A stretch of DNA of 64,000 nt, taken from an uncultured Chloroflexia bacterium. GTDB taxonomy: Bacteria > Chloroflexota > Anaerolineae > JAAYZQ01. Position 1 is the first letter of the stretch. Every line of letters begins with the position of its first letter. The DNA is taken from the NCBI GenBank assembly GCA_963700285.1, contig CAVOXA010000014.1:544001-608000 (forward strand), written 5' to 3'. A program made the translations under genes and the position numbers. A model generated the notes under the pieces. That model did no database searches, had not been told where the DNA came from, and saw only the letters and a program-made list of their open reading frames with translations. This document shows, piece by piece, positions 18,834 through 27,961 of this stretch.

Positions 18834-20929
18834 GCGCGACTCCTCCGGCGCCGGGGAGTACCACCTTTCGGTGCCGGTTTTTCAGTTGCCAGAAGTACAG
18901 CAATCGCTGCAACAATCACAGCCAGGACTGCAGCCATCAGCGCCCAGGTCCAGGGCGGGTGGATGCCGAAAAGCGGTGCCACCGTCCAGGCCATCCATAG
19001 CGCCAAGCCCACAAACACAAGCCCAGTGGCAAACTTGATGGTCGAGGTGTGGCGATTGAGGAATTGCCCAAGTTGCTGGGATGTTGTACCAAAGTAGCTC
19101 AGGGCAAAGACGACGATCAGGGGCAGGATGAACATCAGGCAATAGAGAACCAGGTAGACAAAGGCCTGAGAAGCCAGCTCGGGAACGCTCAAGACGAACA
19201 TGATGGTCGGAAGATAGACCTGTCCGGTACAGGCCAGCTCTAGCAAAGATACCACGAACCCGGTGAAAAATGCCATGGCCACAAAGGCACGGACCTGAGA
19301 ACCCTCGCGGATCACCTTGTTGATACGACGTCGCAGGTTCATGGGCAGCTTGAGCGCCATCTCGGAGGCCTCACCCTCGCGCACTTTGAAATAGTCGCGG
19401 AAGGTCAGGATGGCCAGCACTACGCACATCACTGCGGTGAGCAGGTACACCCAACGCCCCAGTGCCGTGAAAAAGCCGAGGGACTGTACGATCTTTAGCA
19501 ACCCTACACCAACGAGCAAGTAGGTCAGGAAAACCCCCAGCGCGAAGGCGATGCCCACGAACAAGATGTCGCGCCCCCGACGGCCGGTGAAAGTCAGGTA
19601 GGAGATGAAAAAGATCAGCGTAGCAAAGGCACAAGGGTTGAGCCCATCTATGAGACCCGCACCGAGCACTGTGAGGGCGCCAAAGGATCGAAAGCGCTCC
19701 ACCAAGCTCTGCTCCGCCTGGGACGCATCAAAATCATCCCAGGTGCGTTCTGCACCGGTCTGGGAGTACTGGCCCACCGTGGCCATCAGATTGTTGAGGG
19801 TGGCATCCGTGCCGATCAGGACATCCTGTCCGACAAAGAGCATGGGTGTGGAGAGGCGCTTTGCCTCCGGAACACCATACTTTTCGCTCATCCACTCGTT
19901 GAGCGTTTTGCTCTCTGCTTCCTCCATGGAAAAGCTTTCCACAACAAGCTGAGGGTACTGGCTCTCCACAACCTTTAGATCGTAGCTGGTACGCGCGCAT
20001 TCCTGGCAGCCGGCCTGCTCAAAGTAGGCCATATAGATGGGCTTCTCGTCGTTCGCCGTTGCCTCAGCCATCGCCTCGGTTGTCGCAGTTGGCTCCTCGC
20101 GGACAAGGCTGTCTACCAAATCCTCCCACTGTGGCAGACTAACACCCCCCTGGCCCACGTACCCCTCAACCAACTGGGGCAGCTGCGACTGTATCGCCGG
20201 GAGGCCGGTCAGAATCTGCCCGCCGACTACGATCTGTGGCGTACCTGGCGCAGGTCCATCGATGCCTAGCGCGGTATTGAGTTCGGCTAGCTTTTGCGCA
20301 TTCTCAGTTTGCGTGACGTCCGCAGCGTAGGGCTGGAGCCCGCCATATTCCAGGGCCAGGTCGGCGATCAGGTTGTTCAAGGCCTCAAAATCAGCGTGAT
20401 TCGGATCGTAAAAGACCAGCATCTGCACCGCTGGCTCCGGTGTCGGCAATACCACTTCTGGTAGATCGTCCAACGAGGGGTAATCGACGCCGCCCTGGGC
20501 CAGATATTCATCGATATAGGTCTCCAGCTTGCCGGGAATATCTACCGAGCCCACCAGCACTTTGTCGCCGATGACCAAGGCTGGCACCGCCCCCTGGCTT
20601 TCTTCCGGCACACCCAGCTTCATCTCTAGACCCAACAGGGTCAGGTACTTGTCGGTATCGCTCCAGACCTCAATATACTGATACTCTACCTGGTCGCCGT
20701 ACTTTTCATAGACCCCAGGCAGATAATCATCCATGACATCGTGGCAGTGAGGGCAGCTTTCCCCATAGAAAAGGAGGAACCGTACCACAGGCTGTTCCGC
20801 TTCGACCGTGCTATCCTGCGCTAGGGCCGTTGGGGCACCCACCAGGCACAGAACGAACATTCCCAGCGCAACGGTGAGCACCCACAAAGACGCCACCGCG
20901 TTCTTTCTCATCTGTGTCAACCTCTCCAT
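18830..20929 (-). CDS. exported thioredoxin/glutaredoxin-like domains fused to a CcdA/DsbD-beta transmembrane electron transporter
   Basis: Signal peptide; CPHC and CQEC motifs; DGLNPCAF and LELACTGQVY in the TM domain. Confidence 0.85.
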   Translation of the reverse strand: MERLTQMRKNAVASLWVLTVALGMFVLCLVGAPTALAQDSTVEAEQPVVRFLLFYGESCPHCHDVMDDYLPGVYEKYGDQVEYQYIEVWSDTDKYLTLLGLEMKLGVPEESQGAVPALVIGDKVLVGSVDIPGKLETYIDEYLAQGGVDYPSLDDLPEVVLPTPEPAVQMLVFYDPNHADFEALNNLIADLALEYGGLQPYAADVTQTENAQKLAELNTALGIDGPAPGTPQIVVGGQILTGLPAIQSQLPQLVEGYVGQGGVSLPQWEDLVDSLVREEPTATTEAMAEATANDEKPIYMAYFEQAGCQECARTSYDLKVVESQYPQLVVESFSMEEAESKTLNEWMSEKYGVPEAKRLSTPMLFVGQDVLIGTDATLNNLMATVGQYSQTGAERTWDDFDASQAEQSLVERFRSFGALTVLGAGLIDGLNPCAFATLIFFISYLTFTGRRGRDILFVGIAFALGVFLTYLLVGVGLLKIVQSLGFFTALGRWVYLLTAVMCVVLAILTFRDYFKVREGEASEMALKLPMNLRRRINKVIREGSQVRAFVAMAFFTGFVVSLLELACTGQVYLPTIMFVLSVPELASQAFVYLVLYCLMFILPLIVVFALSYFGTTSQQLGQFLNRHTSTIKFATGLVFVGLALWMAWTVAPLFGIHPPWTWALMAAVLAVIVAAIAVLLATEKPAPKGGTPRRRRSRA

Positions 20930-21183
20930 TAGGGCTTGGATACAGACTCCGGGGCAGCCGCCGGACCGGAGCAGGCAAGATTATAGCACAAGCTTGCTAC
21001 TTTCTCCAAGGCCGGACAAGATGTGGGCAGACATGCCGCTAACCGGTTGACCGATGGATGGGGTTGCGATGCCTCCTCCCTTTTTCTTGTGGGGGGAAGC
21101 TATGATATAATGGCGCCTGGCCCGGAATGGACCACGAGCTGGATAGGGAGCGTGTGGCTCCCGTGGCGTGAGGAGAATCAGAA

Positions 21184-23505
21184 ATGATAGCAGAAGAACT
21201 GTTGGCCCAGATCGAGATCTTTCGCCAGGTGCCGGAGGACATTGGTCGTGAAATCCGGGAGAAAGCAGAGATAGCCCCATACGCGCCAGGTGAGATTATT
21301 GTTCCGGCCGGCCAACCCTTTACCTTTTTCGGTGTTCTGCTGCAGGGACAGGCCGATGCCTACTTGCCCGAGCAAGAGGCGGAACCACGTAGCATAGAGA
21401 CCTTTAGAGTCGGCTCGACCGTGGGCGAGATGTCACTTTTGACCGGTCAGAATGCGCCGGTGGACGTGATCGCCACCACACCCTGCCGGGTGCTGCTTGT
21501 TCCCGTAGATCTTTTCCACCACTGGGTGCAGGCCGATCCCACCTCATTGCAGACCTTTTCCAGGTCTGTCGCCCGGCGCAGTGTTCTGGTTGAGAAAGGG
21601 CTGCAGGTACAGACCCAATCGGCGGCCGAGCTGGATGCGGTCCAAGATCCCTATGGTCTGAGCCTAACACCCGACGAACCGCAGAAACTCCTCGTCATCA
21701 ACCTACGAACCGGTAGCCTCAAATACCGCTACTTTGACACGGAAGACGAAGCCAGGAATGTCGAGGGGCAGGTAGAATGGATCGGCGAGCCCCGCGCCCT
21801 GCAAAGCCACACCACGGCCAGCGGAGAACATACTTTTGCGCTAGGTCAAGTTGACCACCGCGAGGCCCTTGACATAGCGCTGCAGCGGCTGGTAGGTCTC
21901 GAGCCAGGTGGCCCGGAAAGCTTGGCTGAAATCACGGCTGTGGGCCACCGGGTCGTGCATGGTGGCGAAAAGTACTCCAGCCCCGTGGTAATTGACAGAG
22001 AGGTACTCACAGACATCCGCAGTTATGCGCATTTGGCCCCTCTTCACAACGCCATGCACGCCCTGGGCATCGAGTGGTGTCAGGAAATCTTGCCCGATGT
22101 GAGGCACATCGCTGTCTTTGATACTGCATTCCACCAGACGATGCCGCCCTATGCCTATCGATACGCGCTACCCGAGGAGCTGTATGAAAAGGATGGCATC
22201 CGCCGCTACGGGTTCCACGGAACGTCGCATCAATACGTGGCATTGATGGCAGCAACCCACTTGAGGAAGCGGTTCTCTCGGCTCAAGATCATCACCTGCC
22301 ATCTGGGCGAGGGCGCGTCGGCCTGCGCCATTGACCATGGCCGGTCGATCGATACCAGCATGGGCCTCACCCCTCTCGAAGGATTGGTGATGGTCACCCG
22401 ATCTGGAGATATCGATCCCGCCGTGGTTACTTATCTGATGCGCAAGGGGTTATCGGCCGACGAAATAGAGCACCTTCTTCTGCGCGAAAGCGGTTTGAAG
22501 GGCCTCTCAAACCTATCTGGCGACACGCGCGAGATCCCCGATGCCGCCAATGCGGGCGACCCCAAGGCCATGCTTGCCGCCGAGACCTTTGCCTACCGTC
22601 TGCGCAAGTACATTGGCGGCTACTATGCGGCGCTGGGCGGATTGGATGTCCTGGTATTCACTGGGGGGATCGGTGAGAACGCTGCCGGGATACGGTCCAT
22701 GGCCTGCACCGATCTCTGGGGGCTGGGGATCTTGATAGACGCTGTCAAGAATCGGGCCGTTCGCGATGCGAGCGAGGGGGTCGTGGACATCTCACACCCT
22801 GACTCAAAGGTCAAGGTGCTGATCATTCACTCTGATGCATCACGCATGATCGCCCGCGAGACAATCCGCGTCCTGGGCTACGAAGCGATTACCAGACAGC
22901 TGCAGGCCAGCCAGATCCCCATTCCTATCGGAGTTTCTGCCCACCACGTCCACCTTAGCCAGGAGCACGCAGAGCAGTTGTTTGGAAAGGGCCACCAGCT
23001 CACCCCTCACGTGCCTTTGTCGCAGCCCGGCCAGTATGCCGCCCAGCAATCTGTGCGGCTCACAGGCCCACGGGGCAGCATTGACCGGGTACGCGTGCTA
23101 GGCCCCGTACGCAAGGAAAGCCAGGTGGAGGTCTCGCGTACAGAAGGGTTTCGTCTCGGCATCCACGCCCCGATCCGCATGTCGGGTGACCTCGATGGGA
23201 CACCGGGGCTCATGCTGGAAGGGCCCGCCGGCCAGGTCGAGATCGAGAACGGCGTCATCTATGCCCAAAGACACCTACACATGACGCCTACGGATGCTCG
23301 AAAGCTGGGGCTAGAAAACCACGACGTCGTTCGCCTGCGTGTGGAAGGCGAACGCGAGCTGATCTTTGGCGACGTGGCTGTGCGTGTCTCTCCCAAATTC
23401 CAACTGGAATTCCACCTGGACACCGACGAAGCTAATGCTGCCGAACTCAACACCGGAGATGTGGCTTACCTGGACGGTATCCAGAAACGGGGGAACCGGG
23501 GATAG
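21184..23505 (+). CDS. ackA: cNMP-binding domain + acetate/propionate kinase + PduL phosphotransacylase fusion
   Basis: N-terminal CNB domain (GEMSLL). Kinase motifs GHRVVHGG, APLHN, VFDTAFHQ, RYGFHGTSH, FTGGIGEN. PduL motifs GVSAHHVHLS, LSQPGQYA, QRHLHM, FHLDTDEANAA. Extended -10 TGATATAAT at 21103. Confidence 0.9.
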   Translation: MIAEELLAQIEIFRQVPEDIGREIREKAEIAPYAPGEIIVPAGQPFTFFGVLLQGQADAYLPEQEAEPRSIETFRVGSTVGEMSLLTGQNAPVDVIATTPCRVLLVPVDLFHHWVQADPTSLQTFSRSVARRSVLVEKGLQVQTQSAAELDAVQDPYGLSLTPDEPQKLLVINLRTGSLKYRYFDTEDEARNVEGQVEWIGEPRALQSHTTASGEHTFALGQVDHREALDIALQRLVGLEPGGPESLAEITAVGHRVVHGGEKYSSPVVIDREVLTDIRSYAHLAPLHNAMHALGIEWCQEILPDVRHIAVFDTAFHQTMPPYAYRYALPEELYEKDGIRRYGFHGTSHQYVALMAATHLRKRFSRLKIITCHLGEGASACAIDHGRSIDTSMGLTPLEGLVMVTRSGDIDPAVVTYLMRKGLSADEIEHLLLRESGLKGLSNLSGDTREIPDAANAGDPKAMLAAETFAYRLRKYIGGYYAALGGLDVLVFTGGIGENAAGIRSMACTDLWGLGILIDAVKNRAVRDASEGVVDISHPDSKVKVLIIHSDASRMIARETIRVLGYEAITRQLQASQIPIPIGVSAHHVHLSQEHAEQLFGKGHQLTPHVPLSQPGQYAAQQSVRLTGPRGSIDRVRVLGPVRKESQVEVSRTEGFRLGIHAPIRMSGDLDGTPGLMLEGPAGQVEIENGVIYAQRHLHMTPTDARKLGLENHDVVRLRVEGERELIFGDVAVRVSPKFQLEFHLDTDEANAAELNTGDVAYLDGIQKRGNRG

Positions 23506-23542
23506 CTCCGGACTTGTTCCCTATCCACGGCCCCAACTGTCG

Positions 23543-23571
23543 TTGTCAAACAACACCAAAGCTGTTATAAT
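23543..23571 (+). promoter_or_regulatory. sigma70-type promoter of the envelope-hydrolase operon
   Basis: TTGTCA-N17-TATAAT with extended TG. Confidence 0.65.
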
Positions 23572-23616
23572 GAGCGCCGATTCTGGGTTTGAGATTGGCT
23601 AGCGGGTGATTGGACG

Positions 23617-25383
23617 ATGGGTGAACTGGGAGAGCGGCTGCGTGCCGCACGCGAAGAGAAGAAAATGTCACTGGATGAGGTCGCAGTCGCGACCAAGATT
23701 CCGCTGAACTATCTGGAGGCTCTAGAAAACGAATCATTCGATTCTTTCACCAGCGATCTACATGCCCGGGGTTTTCTGCGGAACTATGCCTCCTACCTGG
23801 GCTTTGATCCGGATGAAACTGTGGACCTGCACGAGCGAGGTCCAAGCGATCCCAAACGAAAAAACCCGCGCGTCAAACAAGAGCCGGTCGCGAAAACCAT
23901 GGAAAGAGGCCGCAGAGGGCGATCCTTTTTCGTTGCTGATGCCCTGCTGGCCCTGGTCGTGGTCTCTGTCTTGGGGCTGGTTGGATTTTCTGTATACCAG
24001 CGCCAGAACCCCGAGGTGGTCACCCCAACGCCCGGCCCGCCCCCCACGCCCACAGTCACACCCATGCCCATCTATGAAGGCACGGCGTACCAGATGGACG
24101 TCTACTTGAACTACGCTGAACATCGGCTGTCCGTACAGCAGCAGATCGACTATACCAATGCCACCAGCGAAACGCTGCCTAATCTAATCCTCAACGTCCA
24201 TCCGAATCGGGGCAAGAACATCTTTGAACTAAATGACATCAAGGTGGACATGGGCGACGGAGAGTTGGTTGAGCCTGAGGTTTTCCCCCTGGACGTGACC
24301 CTACGGGTGGAACTGCCCACCGAGATCAAACCCAATGAACACGTGGCCCTCTACCTGGACTATACCCTCGACCTGCCCAAGATCAACCCGGATGAGGAAT
24401 TCAGCAGTGGCGGCTTTGGCTATTCCCAGCGTGCCGTGAGCCTGGGCAATTGGTACCCTGTTCTGGCTCCCTACCGTGAGGACAAGGGCTGGTACGGGCT
24501 GACCCACTTTCCTGTAGGCGACCCATACATCACGGAGGTGGCCGACTATAGCGTGAACATCACCACCACGGAGGACATTGTCATCGCCGGCACCGGTCAG
24601 GAGAGGCGCACAGACGGTCAGTGGCACTATGAGGCCGAACAGGCCCGCTCATTTGCATTTGCCGCCAGCGACAAATACCTGGAATCGAGCGACCGGGTTG
24701 GCAAAGTCACCGTGCACTCTTATTATTTCCCCACAAATGAGGAGTCGGGCCAGGTCGCCCTCGAAACGGCGGGCCGGGCGCTGGAGCTGTACTCCGAGCT
24801 GTACGGCCCCTATCCATACTCTGACTACCGCATCGCAGAGACCGAGTTCGCCGGGGGCATGGAGTTCTCTGGTCTCACCTTCATCGGCTCGGTATTCTAT
24901 GACGAATATGATGGCACGAACCGTACACCGCTCATCCCGCTGGCCGCTCACGAGGTTTCTCACCAGTGGTTTTTCGATCTTGTCGGAAACGACCAGGTGA
25001 CGGAACCCTGGCTTGACGAAGCGCTGGCCGAATACAGTGCTTTCCTTTACTACGAACGGTATCTACCGGACGACACCGACTGGTGGTGGAACTATGCTGT
25101 TGAACAATGGGCACCTACGGGCATCATTGACGCACGCATTCACGAGTTTCGCAACAACCGCGACTATTTGGATGCCGTCTACCGGCGCGGCGCCCAGTTC
25201 GTCCAGGATCTTAGGACAACCATGGGCGATCCTGCGTTCTTTGCTTTTTTGCAGGAGTACCAGCGCCGCAACGCGCATCGCCTGGTCAAATCGCGGGAAT
25301 TCTTTTCCCTGGTCCAAGAGTTCACGACTGCCGATCTGGTGCCACTCCAAGAGGAGTACTTTCGCCAGAGGATAATTCCCTAA
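23617..25383 (+). CDS. RodZ-like HTH + TM + M1-family (gluzincin) metallopeptidase
   Basis: LGERLRAAREEKKMSLDEVAVATKI...RGFLRNYASYLG; single TM; GGMEF, HEVSHQWF, WLDEALAEY, VYRRG. Confidence 0.85.
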   Translation: MGELGERLRAAREEKKMSLDEVAVATKIPLNYLEALENESFDSFTSDLHARGFLRNYASYLGFDPDETVDLHERGPSDPKRKNPRVKQEPVAKTMERGRRGRSFFVADALLALVVVSVLGLVGFSVYQRQNPEVVTPTPGPPPTPTVTPMPIYEGTAYQMDVYLNYAEHRLSVQQQIDYTNATSETLPNLILNVHPNRGKNIFELNDIKVDMGDGELVEPEVFPLDVTLRVELPTEIKPNEHVALYLDYTLDLPKINPDEEFSSGGFGYSQRAVSLGNWYPVLAPYREDKGWYGLTHFPVGDPYITEVADYSVNITTTEDIVIAGTGQERRTDGQWHYEAEQARSFAFAASDKYLESSDRVGKVTVHSYYFPTNEESGQVALETAGRALELYSELYGPYPYSDYRIAETEFAGGMEFSGLTFIGSVFYDEYDGTNRTPLIPLAAHEVSHQWFFDLVGNDQVTEPWLDEALAEYSAFLYYERYLPDDTDWWWNYAVEQWAPTGIIDARIHEFRNNRDYLDAVYRRGAQFVQDLRTTMGDPAFFAFLQEYQRRNAHRLVKSREFFSLVQEFTTADLVPLQEEYFRQRIIP

Positions 25384-25387
25384 CCCG

Positions 25388-27961
25388 ATGAACCGGATCA
25401 CGCTCAGCGGCCTGTTGGGCGGCCTGCTCGTGGTGATGGGAGTCGTCGCCATCGCCGCCAGCAGCACCAATCTGGCCCTGCCCGGGAACACTGTCGCCCC
25501 AACCAGCAGGTCTGTTCTGCCTGCCAGTATCACCGTCTCGGCACCCGCCAAGATAGTGGTCGTCGCTACCTCGCCTGCATCGACGGCTGCGCTGGTATCA
25601 CCAAGCAGCATTTCCACGCCCGTGGCTGCGCCTGCCCTAGCGGAACATCCCACAGCCTCACCGGCTGCAAACGCGCCTACACCTGGCATCATACTATCGC
25701 CCAGACCGACGGGCGTCTCCATCACCCCTGCAGTGGAAACCTTGCCGACAGAAACGTCCAGTTCCATGCCTATTGCTGGCGCCGGACAGGTCATCGGCCA
25801 ATCAGTACAGGGACGCGACATCATTGCGCACCGCGCCGGCAATGGTCCGCTCAAAGTGGTGCTGGTGGGCAACATCCACGGCGCCTATGAGGCCAACACC
25901 CATATCCTGGTTCAGCAGCTTCTGGCCCATTTCCAGGCTCATCCGGAACAGGTACCCCCGCGCGTTAGTCTGTGGTTCATCCCGACAATGAACCCCGATG
26001 GGTTGGCAACAGGCCACCGTTGGAACGCCAACGATGTGGATCTGAACCGCAACGCTGATACCGACCTGGATGGCTGCGCCGGAAACGATTGGTCGCCTGA
26101 TACAGTGGGTCGCGAAGGAACCTATCCTGGCGCCGGTGGGCCATTTCCGTTCTCCGAACCCGAAACGCGCGCTGTACGAGACTTTATGAAAGATGCCTGG
26201 GTGGCAGTCTCCTATCACAGTGCGGCAGGGGCCATTTACGCGGATGCCTGCCAGCGTCACGCGCCCACGGCCCGACTGGCGCAGGTGTTGTCGGAAGGCA
26301 GCGGCTACCCAGTTCCAGCGAGTGGCTGGTCGGGCTACCCGATCACCGGCGACCTAGGGGACTTTTTGGCGGGCGAAGGGGTGGCTGCCGTCACCGTTGA
26401 GCTGACCGATCACGAGGAGCCAGAGTTTGAACGCAACCTTGCCGGCGTCCAGGCGATCTTGTCTTCTGTAGACGAGATCTTGGACACGGAGGCGGCAACT
26501 GCAGGGGCCGAACATGTCTGGCTCGACGAGCACAACACCGGCCTGTGGCGCTATGCTCCAGGCAGCTTTGTCCATCCCCTGGCCCTTGAAGTGTTAGGCG
26601 ACACAGCCTACCTCCTTGATGGCGGGCGGGTACTTGCTCTGGAGCTGAGCCAGCCCACGGAACCACATCTGCTTTTGTCGCCTGGTGATGCTGTGGAGAC
26701 TGTACCAGTGATAGAGCCGCTGGATCTGGCCAGCGACGGGGCCAGCCTGCTGGTCCTGGACCGGGCAGGTGATGTCTATCGATACGATCCTGCAGCCCGA
26801 AACTGGACGGTAGAACGCTATGACCGGCCCTCAGGAAGCTCGTATGACCACTACTTTGTAGCCCTGTCTGCCAGCGAGGATACCAGCTACCTGTTAGAGA
26901 CGAGCCACGAGCAAGTGCTGCGCTTCAAACCTGGCCAAAAGGGAGCGGCATTGATCCAACTGCCCCTCAGCCGCGACGTGGACCTGAGTACCATCGGTGA
27001 CTCTGTCTATGTCCTGAACCGTGCCCTCAACGCTCCCAATGGCGATCTCTACCTCTTTGCGAACGGACGTCGCGCCAACGCTTTCCAACCCAACGTGGAA
27101 CTCTTGCACCCGCGCCAGGTACTGGCCACCGAGGCAGCGGTATACGTGCTGGATCGCGCCGGGCGCCGCGTCCTGGCCCTGGATCCAGATTCCGGGGAAC
27201 TGCTCGCCGTGCATCAGTTTAGCGACAGGCGTGAGGTCAGCGCCATGTGGGCGGACCCGGACGGCAAGCGACTTGTCCTGGCTGGACAAGATGCTGGGCA
27301 GGGCGCCCTGCATTTCTATAACGACCCAGCGCGCAGTGCCAGCATCGAGGGCGGTCCGGTCCTGGAGGGCCCCCAGCCCCATGACCTGCGCCTGCTGGAG
27401 GGTCAGCGCGGTCTCCGGATGCCCATCCTGGATGCCCGGGTAACGAGCCGCGACTTTCAAATGCCCGGCGCGCCACGCCACTACCGGCTGGGCGTGCACG
27501 AGGGAATCGACGTCTATGGCAACACGGCCGGCGTCGGCGTGGACCGCAGCACCAAGGTCCGGGCTGTAGCTGATGGTACCGTTATTCGCGCTTTGACAGA
27601 GTATGAGCCACTCACGGCCGATCAGTCCGATGCCTGGGCCGCCAGGAGCCGAGGCCTGGGCTACACTCCACCGGAGGTACTGGATGGCTATCGCGGTATG
27701 CAGGTCTGGATCGACCATGGCGACAAGGTAGTCTCGCGCTACGCCCACCTGGGCAGCATCGTACAAGGTATTGAGGAGGGAGCAGCCGTGGCTGGGGGCC
27801 AAGTGATTGGCACGGTTGGTAATTCGGGAACGCCAGGCTCGGTACAGAGCCAGACCTACGATGTGCACCTGCATTTCGAACTGTGGGTGGATGGCCACTA
27901 CATCGGGCAATTCCTGCGTCCCATCGAGGCCAGGGAGTGGTTGGAGAGGATACTGCGATGA
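25388..27961 (+). CDS. M14 zinc carboxypeptidase + beta-propeller-like region + M23 peptidase
   Basis: M14 motifs GNIHGAYE, NPDG, DLNRN, FSEPETRA, YHS, VEL. Repeated 'VLDRAG' blades. M23 motifs HEGID, RYAHL, HLHFE. Confidence 0.85.
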   Translation: MNRITLSGLLGGLLVVMGVVAIAASSTNLALPGNTVAPTSRSVLPASITVSAPAKIVVVATSPASTAALVSPSSISTPVAAPALAEHPTASPAANAPTPGIILSPRPTGVSITPAVETLPTETSSSMPIAGAGQVIGQSVQGRDIIAHRAGNGPLKVVLVGNIHGAYEANTHILVQQLLAHFQAHPEQVPPRVSLWFIPTMNPDGLATGHRWNANDVDLNRNADTDLDGCAGNDWSPDTVGREGTYPGAGGPFPFSEPETRAVRDFMKDAWVAVSYHSAAGAIYADACQRHAPTARLAQVLSEGSGYPVPASGWSGYPITGDLGDFLAGEGVAAVTVELTDHEEPEFERNLAGVQAILSSVDEILDTEAATAGAEHVWLDEHNTGLWRYAPGSFVHPLALEVLGDTAYLLDGGRVLALELSQPTEPHLLLSPGDAVETVPVIEPLDLASDGASLLVLDRAGDVYRYDPAARNWTVERYDRPSGSSYDHYFVALSASEDTSYLLETSHEQVLRFKPGQKGAALIQLPLSRDVDLSTIGDSVYVLNRALNAPNGDLYLFANGRRANAFQPNVELLHPRQVLATEAAVYVLDRAGRRVLALDPDSGELLAVHQFSDRREVSAMWADPDGKRLVLAGQDAGQGALHFYNDPARSASIEGGPVLEGPQPHDLRLLEGQRGLRMPILDARVTSRDFQMPGAPRHYRLGVHEGIDVYGNTAGVGVDRSTKVRAVADGTVIRALTEYEPLTADQSDAWAARSRGLGYTPPEVLDGYRGMQVWIDHGDKVVSRYAHLGSIVQGIEEGAAVAGGQVIGTVGNSGTPGSVQSQTYDVHLHFELWVDGHYIGQFLRPIEAREWLERILR

